From: Candidatus Nomurabacteria bacterium
Lineage (GTDB): Bacteria > Patescibacteriota > Minisyncoccia > Phycocordibacterales > UBA918
Length of the DNA stretch: 64,000 bases
Reading direction: 5' to 3'
NCBI GenBank assembly: GCA_020632035.1
Contig: JACKGG010000005.1
Location: 4,855-68,854, forward strand
Shown here: piece by piece, positions 20,723 through 27,950 of the stretch
Numbering within the stretch: the first letter of the stretch is position 1
Layout of the letters: each line of letters opens with the position of its first letter
Position numbers and translations under genes: made by a program
The notes under the pieces: generated by a model
What the model was told of the DNA's origin: nothing
Databases searched by the model: none
The model's input: the letters and a program-made list of their open reading frames with translations, nothing else

Positions 20723-21169
20723 ATGAAAGAAAAAACCACTACTGTATTATCTGTATTCCCTGCCACACACTCAAAAAAACTTCACTCACAACCACTTTAC
20801 GTTAGTCAACCAGCGGCTGGTTTTCCTTCCCCAGGCGATGATTTAGTAGAAAAAGCCTTGGATCTAAACGATTTACTGGTCGAGAATGAAAGCGCGACAT
20901 TTTTTGTGCGAGTGAGCGGTGATTCTATGGAGGGTGCCAAAATCTTTGATGGAGATATTTTGGTGGTAGACCGCTCCGTGGAAGCCCGGTCCGGACACAT
21001 CGTAGTCGCGGCTGTCTATGGCGAACTAGTAGTTAAACGTCTTTTGAGCAAGGGCAACAAACTTTTTTTAATATCTGAAAACGATCAATATAAACCTATT
21101 CAGATAGATGAAACCGAAGGATGCTTCATCTGGGGCGTAGTAACTGGTAGTGCTAGGGTAATTTTGTAA
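20723..21169 (+). CDS. umuD: UmuD-like S24 peptidase (LexA/UmuD family, no HTH)
   Basis: 148 aa with a candidate autocleavage site A-G in 'QPAAGFPSPGDD', catalytic Ser in 'SGDSMEG' and Lys in 'LVVKRL'. There is no N-terminal DNA-binding domain. Confidence 0.7.
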   Translation: MKEKTTTVLSVFPATHSKKLHSQPLYVSQPAAGFPSPGDDLVEKALDLNDLLVENESATFFVRVSGDSMEGAKIFDGDILVVDRSVEARSGHIVVAAVYGELVVKRLLSKGNKLFLISENDQYKPIQIDETEGCFIWGVVTGSARVIL

Positions 21170-21173
21170 GAGT

Positions 21174-22397
21174 ATGACTGTCCCAGCGTCTACGATGAAT
21201 ATGGTATTAAACAAATCGGCTTTTTTTCTCAACTTTTATATTGCAATTATCCTGTTAGGGTTCTTTTTTGTGCCAGCAGTAGCTCAAGGTGCCAGCCAGG
21301 ATGTGGGTGTCTGGATTCCTTGGTGGACAGAAGAAGCTGGTACAGAAAGTGCTTTAGAGCATATTAAAGATATAGATATAATTTACCCATTTGTGTTTGA
21401 AGTTAATTCAGATGGTTCACTAAAGAATAGGGTAAATTTTAAAGATGATCACTGGGAAGAGCTGTTTGATAAAGCCGACGACGATCGAGTAGACATTATC
21501 CCTACGGTTGCTTGGTTTGATGGTGACGCTATACACAAAATCTTGAGTAGTAAAAGTTCACGCAAGAAACATGTAGATGAGATCGTTAAAATGGTTAATA
21601 AGTATCGCTTTGATGGAGTAAACATCGATTATGAGTCTAAGTTAGGAGAGACTATCGATTATTATTCTGATTTTCTTAAAGAGCTAGAAGACGCGCTTGG
21701 TCGCAAAGATTTGACTTGTACTATTGAAGCTCGTACTCCGCCAGACTCACGTTGGAAGGAAGTGCCTGAGGTGATCAAATATGCCAATGACTACAAAGAA
21801 ATGAACAAGTACTGTGATTGGGTCGAAATAATGGCCTATGACCAACAACGTGCAGATTTGAAGCTAAACGACAAGCGAAAGGGAGTGCCATATATGCCGG
21901 TGGCTGATACTGAGTGGGTAGAAAAGGTGGTTGAACTAGCCTTAGAGGATTTTGATAAAGATAAAGTAATGCTTGGAGTGGCTACTTATGGACGCGCCTG
22001 GGACGTTACTGTTGCTCCAGAATGGTACAGAGACTATAAGCAAGTAGCAGCTATAAATCATCCTAGAATCTTAGAGCTTTCAGAAAAATACAATTCCCCT
22101 ATCGGTCGCACCGAAGGAGGAGAGGCTGTAATAAGCTATTTCCCTGAAGATTCGGTTTGGAAGATATTTAATGCGCTGCCAACACCTGTCGGTACACCAA
22201 AGGGATTCGAAGCAGCTGCAAAAGCGCTCTTAGTGGCTACGTATGCAAAGGTGGAGGTGCCAGTTAGAGTCATTATCTGGAGTGATGCCGAGGCGATAGA
22301 AGAAAAACTAGATCTAGTTAAGAAATACGACCTCAGAGGCGTTGCCGTATTTAAGGTAGATGGTGAAGAAGATTCTAAAATGTGGAAGCTATTTTAA
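21174..22397 (+). CDS. secreted glycoside hydrolase family 18-like protein
   Basis: A signal/anchor helix is followed by the GH18 catalytic motif DxxDxDxE as 'FDGVNIDYE', with Tyr where the usual DxDWE has Trp. The start codon lies 5 nt after the umuD stop. Confidence 0.6.
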   Translation: MTVPASTMNMVLNKSAFFLNFYIAIILLGFFFVPAVAQGASQDVGVWIPWWTEEAGTESALEHIKDIDIIYPFVFEVNSDGSLKNRVNFKDDHWEELFDKADDDRVDIIPTVAWFDGDAIHKILSSKSSRKKHVDEIVKMVNKYRFDGVNIDYESKLGETIDYYSDFLKELEDALGRKDLTCTIEARTPPDSRWKEVPEVIKYANDYKEMNKYCDWVEIMAYDQQRADLKLNDKRKGVPYMPVADTEWVEKVVELALEDFDKDKVMLGVATYGRAWDVTVAPEWYRDYKQVAAINHPRILELSEKYNSPIGRTEGGEAVISYFPEDSVWKIFNALPTPVGTPKGFEAAAKALLVATYAKVEVPVRVIIWSDAEAIEEKLDLVKKYDLRGVAVFKVDGEEDSKMWKLF

Positions 22398-22448
22398 GTA
22401 ACCAAGAAATCAACAATCATTATCTCCTTGTTTTATCTTAGAAAACTT

Positions 22449-22472
22449 TAAGTTCGAATCCTGCCACCGGAG
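22449..22472 (+). repeat. copy A of a 24-27-bp direct-repeat family (AAGTTCGAATCCTGCCACCGGAG)
   Basis: Intergenic, 52 nt after the GH18 stop. It shares AAGTTCGAA..TCC..CACC..GGAG with copies B and C. Confidence 0.5.
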
Positions 22473-22602
22473 AATTTAAGTTTTAGCCGCCAAAGAGGCA
22501 CGAATTTTATTATGTTACTTTGCTTACTATACAACAGGATAGTTATAGAGTATAACTTCCGCATGTTCTTTTTAGTAATTTTCAGACATGAAGGGGTGTG
22601 AA

Positions 22603-23088
22603 ATGCAAAAATTAAACATTAAATACAACTCAGAGGATTGGAGGGGCGCTGTTTTGTCTAATTTGGCCACCACCCCTTTCTCTGTCGCAGGTTTTGACTT
22701 TCTGTCTGTGGAAAGTGCTATTCAGGGCATAAAGTTCCACAGTAAGAACGAAAGAGAGTCGGTATTTAGAATGACCGGCATGGATGCCCTTAAGGCTGGA
22801 CGCCCAATAACAAACTCAATAAGTGAAAGGGTAGAGTCTTTCGTGTACTGGGAAGGGCAGGAGTTTCCTTATAACTCAATGGATCATCGTCTGCTTCTCG
22901 CCATGTTTATTGGCGAGAAAGTCAGACAGAATCCAAACGTACAAGAAGCTCTCTTGGCAACTGACGGGACCTTTATTTACCACGATGTGGGGGAAGAGAA
23001 CCCCAACACTTCTTTGCCGGAGAAATTCTATATCCAAATACTACTTGCTCAAAGAAGCTTGCTGGCTCGACTTAGGAATATTTCCTAG
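22603..23088 (+). CDS. NADAR-like (YbiA-type) domain protein
   Basis: 'FSVAGFDFLSVESAIQGIKF' can be compared with E. coli YbiA 'FSNF...TSEHYFQAQKF', and 'LLATDGTFIYHDVGEENPN' with YbiA 'LLATAPAKLVEHTENDAYWGDG'. The SD AAGGGG sits 7 nt upstream of the ATG at 22603. Confidence 0.45.
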   Translation: MQKLNIKYNSEDWRGAVLSNLATTPFSVAGFDFLSVESAIQGIKFHSKNERESVFRMTGMDALKAGRPITNSISERVESFVYWEGQEFPYNSMDHRLLLAMFIGEKVRQNPNVQEALLATDGTFIYHDVGEENPNTSLPEKFYIQILLAQRSLLARLRNIS

Positions 23089-23112
23089 TTTGCTAATTTC
23101 TCACCAAGATAG

Positions 23113-23145
23113 ACAAGGCTGTCCGTAAGGACGGCCTTTCTTTTT
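23113..23145 (+). terminator. rho-independent terminator
   Basis: GGCTGTCCG-TAA-GGACGGCC followed by TTTCTTTTT. Confidence 0.55.
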
Positions 23146-23183
23146 ATACAAAGTTGACACCTTTAGAGGTGAGTTTGAAACTT

Positions 23184-23224
23184 TGTAGTGTTGTATTGAC
23201 ATTGTCACTACATAACTTATTATA
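23184..23224 (+). promoter_or_regulatory. promoter with overlapping inverted-repeat operator upstream of the relB/dinJ-yafQ pair
   Basis: The inverted repeat TGTAGTG (23184-23190) / CACTACA (23206-23212) brackets -35 TTGACA (23196-23201). The -10-like ATTATA (23219-23224) lies 7 nt before the ATG, implying a near-leaderless transcript. Confidence 0.4.
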
Positions 23225-23231
23225 GATACAT

Positions 23232-23507
23232 ATGAATTCACAAGAAACAATTCAAATTAGGATTGATGCCAAAACTAAGAAAGCAGCTAGGAAGACTCTA
23301 GATGAGCTAGGATTAGATATGTCTAGTGCTGTTAAGCTATTTTTAACTAATGTGGTAAACAGAAAAGGTATACCTTTTGATCTGCGGACTGAGAATGGGT
23401 TCACCTTGGCTCAAGAGCAGGCTTTAATAGCTGAGACAGAGGTAGCAAAGAAGACCGGTAAGAGTTTTAGTGATCTTGATGAACTTTTTTCAGATTTAAA
23501 ATTGTAG
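23232..23507 (+). CDS. relB: RelB/DinJ family antitoxin
   Basis: 91 aa. 'IQIRIDAKTKKAARKTLDELGLDMSSAVKLFL' is a ribbon-helix-helix DinJ/RelB signature. Confidence 0.75.
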   Translation: MNSQETIQIRIDAKTKKAARKTLDELGLDMSSAVKLFLTNVVNRKGIPFDLRTENGFTLAQEQALIAETEVAKKTGKSFSDLDELFSDLKL

Positions 23508-23509
23508 TC

Positions 23510-23791
23510 GTGAAGTATTCAGTACACTACACTACACGCTTTAAAAAATCCCTTAAGCGTGCAAAACAACTGCCTGCTTTCAAGTCAGAAAAACTTAAGG
23601 AGGCTATTTCAATTTTGGCACATGGTAATAGTCTTCCTCCAGAATTTAAAGACCACCGACTTACTGGAAACATGAAAAAGTTTAGAGAGTGTCATTTAGC
23701 TCCGGATATTATTCTTATCTATGAGACAGACGATGGAATTCTAATCCTTACTCTTGTTAATATCGGTAACCATTCTCAGTTGTTTAAATAA
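23510..23791 (+). CDS. yafQ: YafQ/RelE-family mRNA interferase toxin
   Basis: 93 aa with a GTG start 3 nt after the antitoxin stop. 'YTTRFKKSLKRAKQ' and 'KDHRLTGNMKKFRECHLAPDIILIY' match the YafQ/RelE fold signature. Confidence 0.75.
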   Translation: MKYSVHYTTRFKKSLKRAKQLPAFKSEKLKEAISILAHGNSLPPEFKDHRLTGNMKKFRECHLAPDIILIYETDDGILILTLVNIGNHSQLFK

Positions 23792-23792
23792 G

Positions 23793-23819
23793 TTCGAACA
23801 TCCTTCACCCAGCGGAGCC
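23793..23819 (+). repeat. copy B of the direct-repeat family (TTCGAACATCCTTCACCCAGCGGAGCC)
   Basis: It begins 2 nt after the yafQ stop. It differs from copy C at only 2-3 of 27 positions. Confidence 0.55.
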
Positions 23820-23904
23820 AATTGAAATACCCGTATTTTACAGGGATGTTTTTTATTACCTGAAATCGATATCGAACTTTTTGTGACTATTGTAATAAAA
23901 ATAT

Positions 23905-23932
23905 TTGACTTCTTATTTTTAGTATCTATAAT
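23905..23932 (+). promoter_or_regulatory. sigma-70-like promoter (-35 TTGACT, 16-bp spacer, -10 TATAAT)
   Basis: TTGACT is at 23905-23910 and TATAAT at 23927-23932. The predicted TSS at about 23939-23940 coincides with the uORF ATG. Confidence 0.45.
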
Positions 23933-23939
23933 CAAGTAA

Positions 23940-24011
23940 ATGACTAATAAATATCAATTCAACACTTGGTGGACTGCTTGGAGAAACGGGCAGTGGTGTT
24001 TTTGTATTTAA
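23940..24011 (+). CDS. candidate leader peptide MTNKYQFNTWWTAWRNGQWCFCI (23 aa; 4 Trp including a WW pair)
   Basis: The ATG at the predicted TSS indicates a leaderless mRNA. Four TGG codons fall in a 30-nt stretch of an AT-rich genome. GGGCAGT (23988-23994) inside the uORF can pair with ACTGCCC of the downstream terminator's 5' arm. Confidence 0.3.
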   Translation: MTNKYQFNTWWTAWRNGQWCFCI

Positions 24012-24040
24012 TAGTGATTATTCTCCATTAAGTGAAAAAT

Positions 24041-24064
24041 AACTGCCCTCAAGGCAGTTTTTTC
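24041..24064 (+). terminator. intrinsic terminator / attenuator 27 nt upstream of the oxidoreductase start
   Basis: AACTGCC-CTCAA-GGCAGTT followed by TTTTC. The upstream GGGCAGT can form an alternative, mutually exclusive helix with the 5' arm. Confidence 0.5.
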
Positions 24065-24090
24065 TTATAAATCTAAAAATTAATTAAAAT

Positions 24091-25071
24091 ATGAAAACAA
24101 TTAAAAAAACGGACGTGGTAATTATTGGAGCGGGATTCTCAGGGCTTTATTTGGCACATCATTTAGTAAAGGTTGGTAAACGTGATTTCCTCATTGTTGC
24201 GCCCGATATGCAAGCTGTGAGTGACAAGTCATACTTCAATATCAGGTCTAGGGGGGTAAAGCAGACTTCGTTAAAAGAATCTATGAATGTCGCAAGTTAC
24301 GGTATGAGCAACAGACAGTTAGTTAATGTGCTCGTTAACAATATTGATGATGAACTTACATACTTAAGTCATATAACGAAAATGAAACCATCTTTCCTTG
24401 GTGCAATTGTAGCAAGGCCTAAATCGTTGATGAACAAGATACGTAAGGAATCAATCCACAACAGGGTATATGCGGAGGTGTCTTCAGTTAAAAAAAGACA
24501 TGGATACGTAGAAGTCATAACAACTGAAGGTAAGATTCATTGCAAGAAGGTTGTATTTTGCTTCGGTGGTTTAAGAGCGAGATTGTCAGAAAAGTTTGTT
24601 GATGAGAAGGTTAAGAATAACCTTTTTAAGGCTGCTAAAGATGTTGGTTGTGATGTTTTGTATCAAGACCTGGTTATGAAGCATCCTTTCTACTCAAAAG
24701 GTGTCTGCATTCCTAGTGATGATTTGTATAACTTTGATTTCGTTGATGATAAGGAAAAACGTCTTGAGTTAACACATCACTTAGTTAGGGCACATAATGC
24801 CCATCATAGGTTTGATGATATTTGCAAAGAATATCAGAGGACAATAAAGCGCTACGCAATAAATAGAGATAAAATAATTGAATTGGATATAGAGCCTCAT
24901 TTTGTCTTGGGTGGAATAAAGATAAACAGAAGAGGAGAGACAAAGGTAAAAAATGTTTATGCTTTAGGAGAATGCGCTTATGGCATGCATGGCAAAGGTA
25001 GATTAGGAGGTGGTTCCATCGCAGAAATTCTCGTTATGTCTAGAGTGGTTGCAAAACAGATTATTGGTTAG
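24091..25071 (+). CDS. FAD-dependent oxidoreductase (short NadB/FrdA-like flavoprotein)
   Basis: The N-terminal Rossmann motif is 'DVVIIGAGFSGLYLA'. The C-terminal 'ALGECAYGMHGKGRLGGGSIAEILV' resembles the C-terminal FAD-binding motif of L-aspartate oxidase and succinate dehydrogenase flavoproteins. Confidence 0.6.
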   Translation: MKTIKKTDVVIIGAGFSGLYLAHHLVKVGKRDFLIVAPDMQAVSDKSYFNIRSRGVKQTSLKESMNVASYGMSNRQLVNVLVNNIDDELTYLSHITKMKPSFLGAIVARPKSLMNKIRKESIHNRVYAEVSSVKKRHGYVEVITTEGKIHCKKVVFCFGGLRARLSEKFVDEKVKNNLFKAAKDVGCDVLYQDLVMKHPFYSKGVCIPSDDLYNFDFVDDKEKRLELTHHLVRAHNAHHRFDDICKEYQRTIKRYAINRDKIIELDIEPHFVLGGIKINRRGETKVKNVYALGECAYGMHGKGRLGGGSIAEILVMSRVVAKQIIG

Positions 25072-25086
25072 TGCCTACGATATAAG

Positions 25087-25113
25087 TCCGAACATCCACC
25101 ACCCAGCGGAGCC
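25087..25113 (+). repeat. copy C of the direct-repeat family (TCCGAACATCCACCACCCAGCGGAGCC)
   Basis: It lies between the oxidoreductase stop (25071) and the umuC start (25139). Confidence 0.55.
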
Positions 25114-25138
25114 TAAGTTAGCTTGCTATAATACTTTT

Positions 25139-26389
25139 ATGAACCCTTCCTTGATTGGACTTTTGGATTGCAACAATTTTTTTGTATCGTGTGAAAGACT
25201 GTTCCGACCGGATCTAATAGGGAAGCCAGTGGTAGTGCTGTCCAGTAATGATGGTTGTGTAGTAGCTCGATCGAAAGAGATAAAGGACATGGGTATACCA
25301 ATGGGTGTCCCTTACTTTCAGATAAAGGACATTTTAAAAAAAGCTGATGCCGTAACGTTTTCTTCGCACTTTTCTTTGTATCGAGACATCTCAAAAAGAG
25401 TGTTTTCTGTCATGCACAAAGAACTTGGTTTTATTGAGCAATATTCGATAGATGAAGCTTTCTTTACTGTAAGTTCAGGAGCAGAAGAAGTCGCACATAA
25501 CTTAAAAAGAGTGATTGAAAAACAAGTAGGTATCCCAGTTTCAATTGGCTTGGCACAAACAAAAACTCAAGCAAAATATGCTAATTCAATAGCTAAAAAG
25601 GGCACAGGGGTCTGTGCCCTAAGGTTGTCTGATTGGCAGGCTATAGCTAAAGATATTCCCCTAGCTAGTATCTGGGGCGTCGGCGGAAAAACGGAGCTTT
25701 TATATAAAAAACACGGTCTTGAAACCGTTGCGGATTTTATTGTGTTGGATCAATCTAGAGTGGCTAGTTTATTTGGACTGTCTGGCATTAGACTACAACA
25801 AGAATTGATCGGTAATCCAGTGTTTTCGGTTGAACATAAAGTATCTACCCAACAAAGTATTTTGAGCTCAAGATCTTTTTCTGAGACGGCTACAGATTTG
25901 TCTGTTTTGGCTGATGCAGTGGCTTACCATGTGCGTCACGCCACTGCTAATTTGAGATCCTTGGGATTGGAGGCAGGTAAGATCAGAGTCTCGATTCGGC
26001 CGAGTAGACACAGTGATTTTATGCTTCGTGGGGGCTCTAAAGAAGCCTTTATGATTGCTCCTACTGCTGATTCTATATCATTGCTCAGAGTAGCAAACGA
26101 TCTCTTAAAAGATCTGCATGAACCGGGCGTACCCTACAAAAAAGTGGGTGTCGTGTTGTCTCTATTCAGCCCAGTAAACCAAGGACAAACTACGCTTTTT
26201 CCAGACGATACTAAAGTCAAACATGACACGCTGATGTCATTGGTGGACAGCCTTAATACTAAGATAAAAAAAGAATCAGTGTTACTAGGGTCGAGATTGT
26301 TAAGTTCGGCTTGGCAAGCAAAGAGTGAAGTGTGTTCACCGAGCTATACGACTAACTGGTCAGAGGTGGTAATAACTAAAGCTCAATAA
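25139..26389 (+). CDS. umuC: Y-family DNA polymerase, UmuC-like (Pol V catalytic subunit)
   Basis: 'GLLDCNNFFVSCERLFRPDLIGKPVVVLSSNDGCVVARSKEIKDMGI' matches the Y-family N-terminal palm motif. The 417-aa length is UmuC-like. The start was moved to the Met at 25139. Confidence 0.85.
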   Translation: MNPSLIGLLDCNNFFVSCERLFRPDLIGKPVVVLSSNDGCVVARSKEIKDMGIPMGVPYFQIKDILKKADAVTFSSHFSLYRDISKRVFSVMHKELGFIEQYSIDEAFFTVSSGAEEVAHNLKRVIEKQVGIPVSIGLAQTKTQAKYANSIAKKGTGVCALRLSDWQAIAKDIPLASIWGVGGKTELLYKKHGLETVADFIVLDQSRVASLFGLSGIRLQQELIGNPVFSVEHKVSTQQSILSSRSFSETATDLSVLADAVAYHVRHATANLRSLGLEAGKIRVSIRPSRHSDFMLRGGSKEAFMIAPTADSISLLRVANDLLKDLHEPGVPYKKVGVVLSLFSPVNQGQTTLFPDDTKVKHDTLMSLVDSLNTKIKKESVLLGSRLLSSAWQAKSEVCSPSYTTNWSEVVITKAQ

Positions 26390-26695
26390 TATAACCGACA
26401 CATGTACCAGATAGACCTTAAGGGTCATGTCCGTTGAAACGTAATAATATCTCTAAACTTAAAGATTATTTAAAGGATAAAAGGGCAGTCTTTTTGGGTT
26501 ATCAACAGCGCGTTTCGGACAAGTTGTTAAAGACTTAGTACAATGTTGTTAGATCAATCGAAGGGATGAGTTTCATAAAGGCTGAGTTTTTCTCAAATAA
26601 ATTGAACCCCTCATCTTCTCCACAGAAACTTCGATTGAGCTTGCTTCCACTACAGCGTAGAAGTAATTGTTATTTAAAATAATATATAAATAAAT

Positions 26696-27829
26696 ATGTT
26701 CGCAAAAGCAACAAACGTTGGCTTTGCGCAACGGGTGGTCGCGACACTTGTTGCCTGTTCATTAGTACTTTGGTCAATCGGAGTCTACTCAACAGCACAA
26801 GCAGCCAACCTAACATTATTCAGTGATACTTTGTCAGACTCAGACTTAAGTGTTACATCGTCTCATACTATTGAGTTCGATTTGCCAGCTGGATCACCAG
26901 GTATCCTGGCAGGAGATGACATTGTCATTACATGGGACAGCCAGGACGATGGAGCCGGTGGTCAAGACTTCGGTGGTATTGCCGCTATTGTCGACAACTC
27001 TGATTTAACTTACCAAGTTAACTTGGGCGGTCCGGCAGCACCAAACTATGTTGCATCAGACGGAAACTCACTAACAATTGACGGCATAGTAGCCTCAGCG
27101 GGAGACACTGTAGAAATCGTAGTCGCGGATGGAGTAATTACTAACCCAGCTGTGAGTGGCTCATTCGAAATTGAGGTCGCAATCGCAAACGTTGATAATG
27201 ACCTTGGTCGTACTCGTGTCGCTATTGTTGACAATGTAACTGTGACAGCAATAGTAGATACAAGTTTTGACTTTACTATTACTGGACTAGCCACTTCTTC
27301 TGCAGTTAATGGATCAGTTACTACTGGTTCAACATCTCCAGTTCTAATTGACTTCGGTAAGCTAGTAGCTGATACACCAGAGATTCTTGCTCAAGAACTA
27401 ACTGTTGTAACCAACTCTAGAAACGGGTTCGTAGTAACTGTTAATACTGACGGAGATCTTCAGTCTTCAAACGGCGCTATCATTGATAACTTTGATGAAG
27501 GCACAGATGTGTCTGACACAGGTACAGCCTGGAACTCACCAGCTCCAGACGTCAATGACGAAACCACTTGGGGACACTGGGGAATGACATCTACAGATGG
27601 TGACCTGAACTCACTAGGTGGATACTACACAGGAGAGTTTGGAGCCAATGATTACATTGCTGCTTCAACCACTCCACGAGCAGTGTTCCATCACGATGGT
27701 CCATCTGATGGTCTAACACAGAATATTGGAACAACAACAGTTGGATACCAGATAGAAATCACCTCGCTTCAAGAAGCGGCCGATGACTACACTGCAACTC
27801 TAACTTACGTAGCGACCCCTACTTTCTAA
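26696..27829 (+). CDS. secreted protein with WxL-like C-terminal domain
   Basis: Signal peptide (LVACSLVLWSIGVYSTAQA). The C-terminal end '...DDYTATLTYVATPTF' resembles the terminal LTWxLxDxP motif of WxL surface domains. An internal 'NIG..T' block is shared with the C-termini of the giant ORF and the 61694 gene. Confidence 0.45.
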   Translation: MFAKATNVGFAQRVVATLVACSLVLWSIGVYSTAQAANLTLFSDTLSDSDLSVTSSHTIEFDLPAGSPGILAGDDIVITWDSQDDGAGGQDFGGIAAIVDNSDLTYQVNLGGPAAPNYVASDGNSLTIDGIVASAGDTVEIVVADGVITNPAVSGSFEIEVAIANVDNDLGRTRVAIVDNVTVTAIVDTSFDFTITGLATSSAVNGSVTTGSTSPVLIDFGKLVADTPEILAQELTVVTNSRNGFVVTVNTDGDLQSSNGAIIDNFDEGTDVSDTGTAWNSPAPDVNDETTWGHWGMTSTDGDLNSLGGYYTGEFGANDYIAASTTPRAVFHHDGPSDGLTQNIGTTTVGYQIEITSLQEAADDYTATLTYVATPTF

Positions 27830-27844
27830 GTAAACGCTAAATCA

Positions 27845-27871
27845 AAAAACCTCCTAAATAGGAGGTTTTTT
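27845..27871 (+). terminator. rho-independent terminator
   Basis: AAAAACCTCCTA-AA-TAGGAGGTTTTTT. Confidence 0.6.
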
Positions 27872-27950
27872 GTGTATATAAGTTATAAACAAAATTATGG
27901 GAGGTGTTATTATTAGTCTTATTCCAAAATGTACAACAATTAACTAATCT

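Noticed and set aside
22910-23128. 72-aa + strand ORF overlapping the 3' end of the NADAR-like gene in another frame
   Set aside because: It is out of frame with a well-supported gene, has no RBS, and its sequence is unremarkable. It is most likely spurious.
22449-25113. Reading the AAGTTCGAA…GGAGCC(A) repeats as tRNA genes or as integron attC sites
   Set aside because: No cloverleaf can be drawn: the T-stem arms are not complementary and there are no D or anticodon arms. The attC core sites RYYYAAC / GTTRRRY are not matched (GTTCGAA has C where a purine is required). They are kept only as an unexplained repeat family.
26390-26695. 300-bp intergenic region between umuC and the WxL-like gene, inspected for an RNase P, tmRNA, SRP or 6S RNA gene
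   Set aside because: None of the diagnostic conserved blocks was found, including the RNase P GGAAAGTCCGG/AGGGTGAAA blocks and the tmRNA tRNA-like ends. The region is AT-rich with only weak hairpins. It probably holds promoter sequence for 26696.
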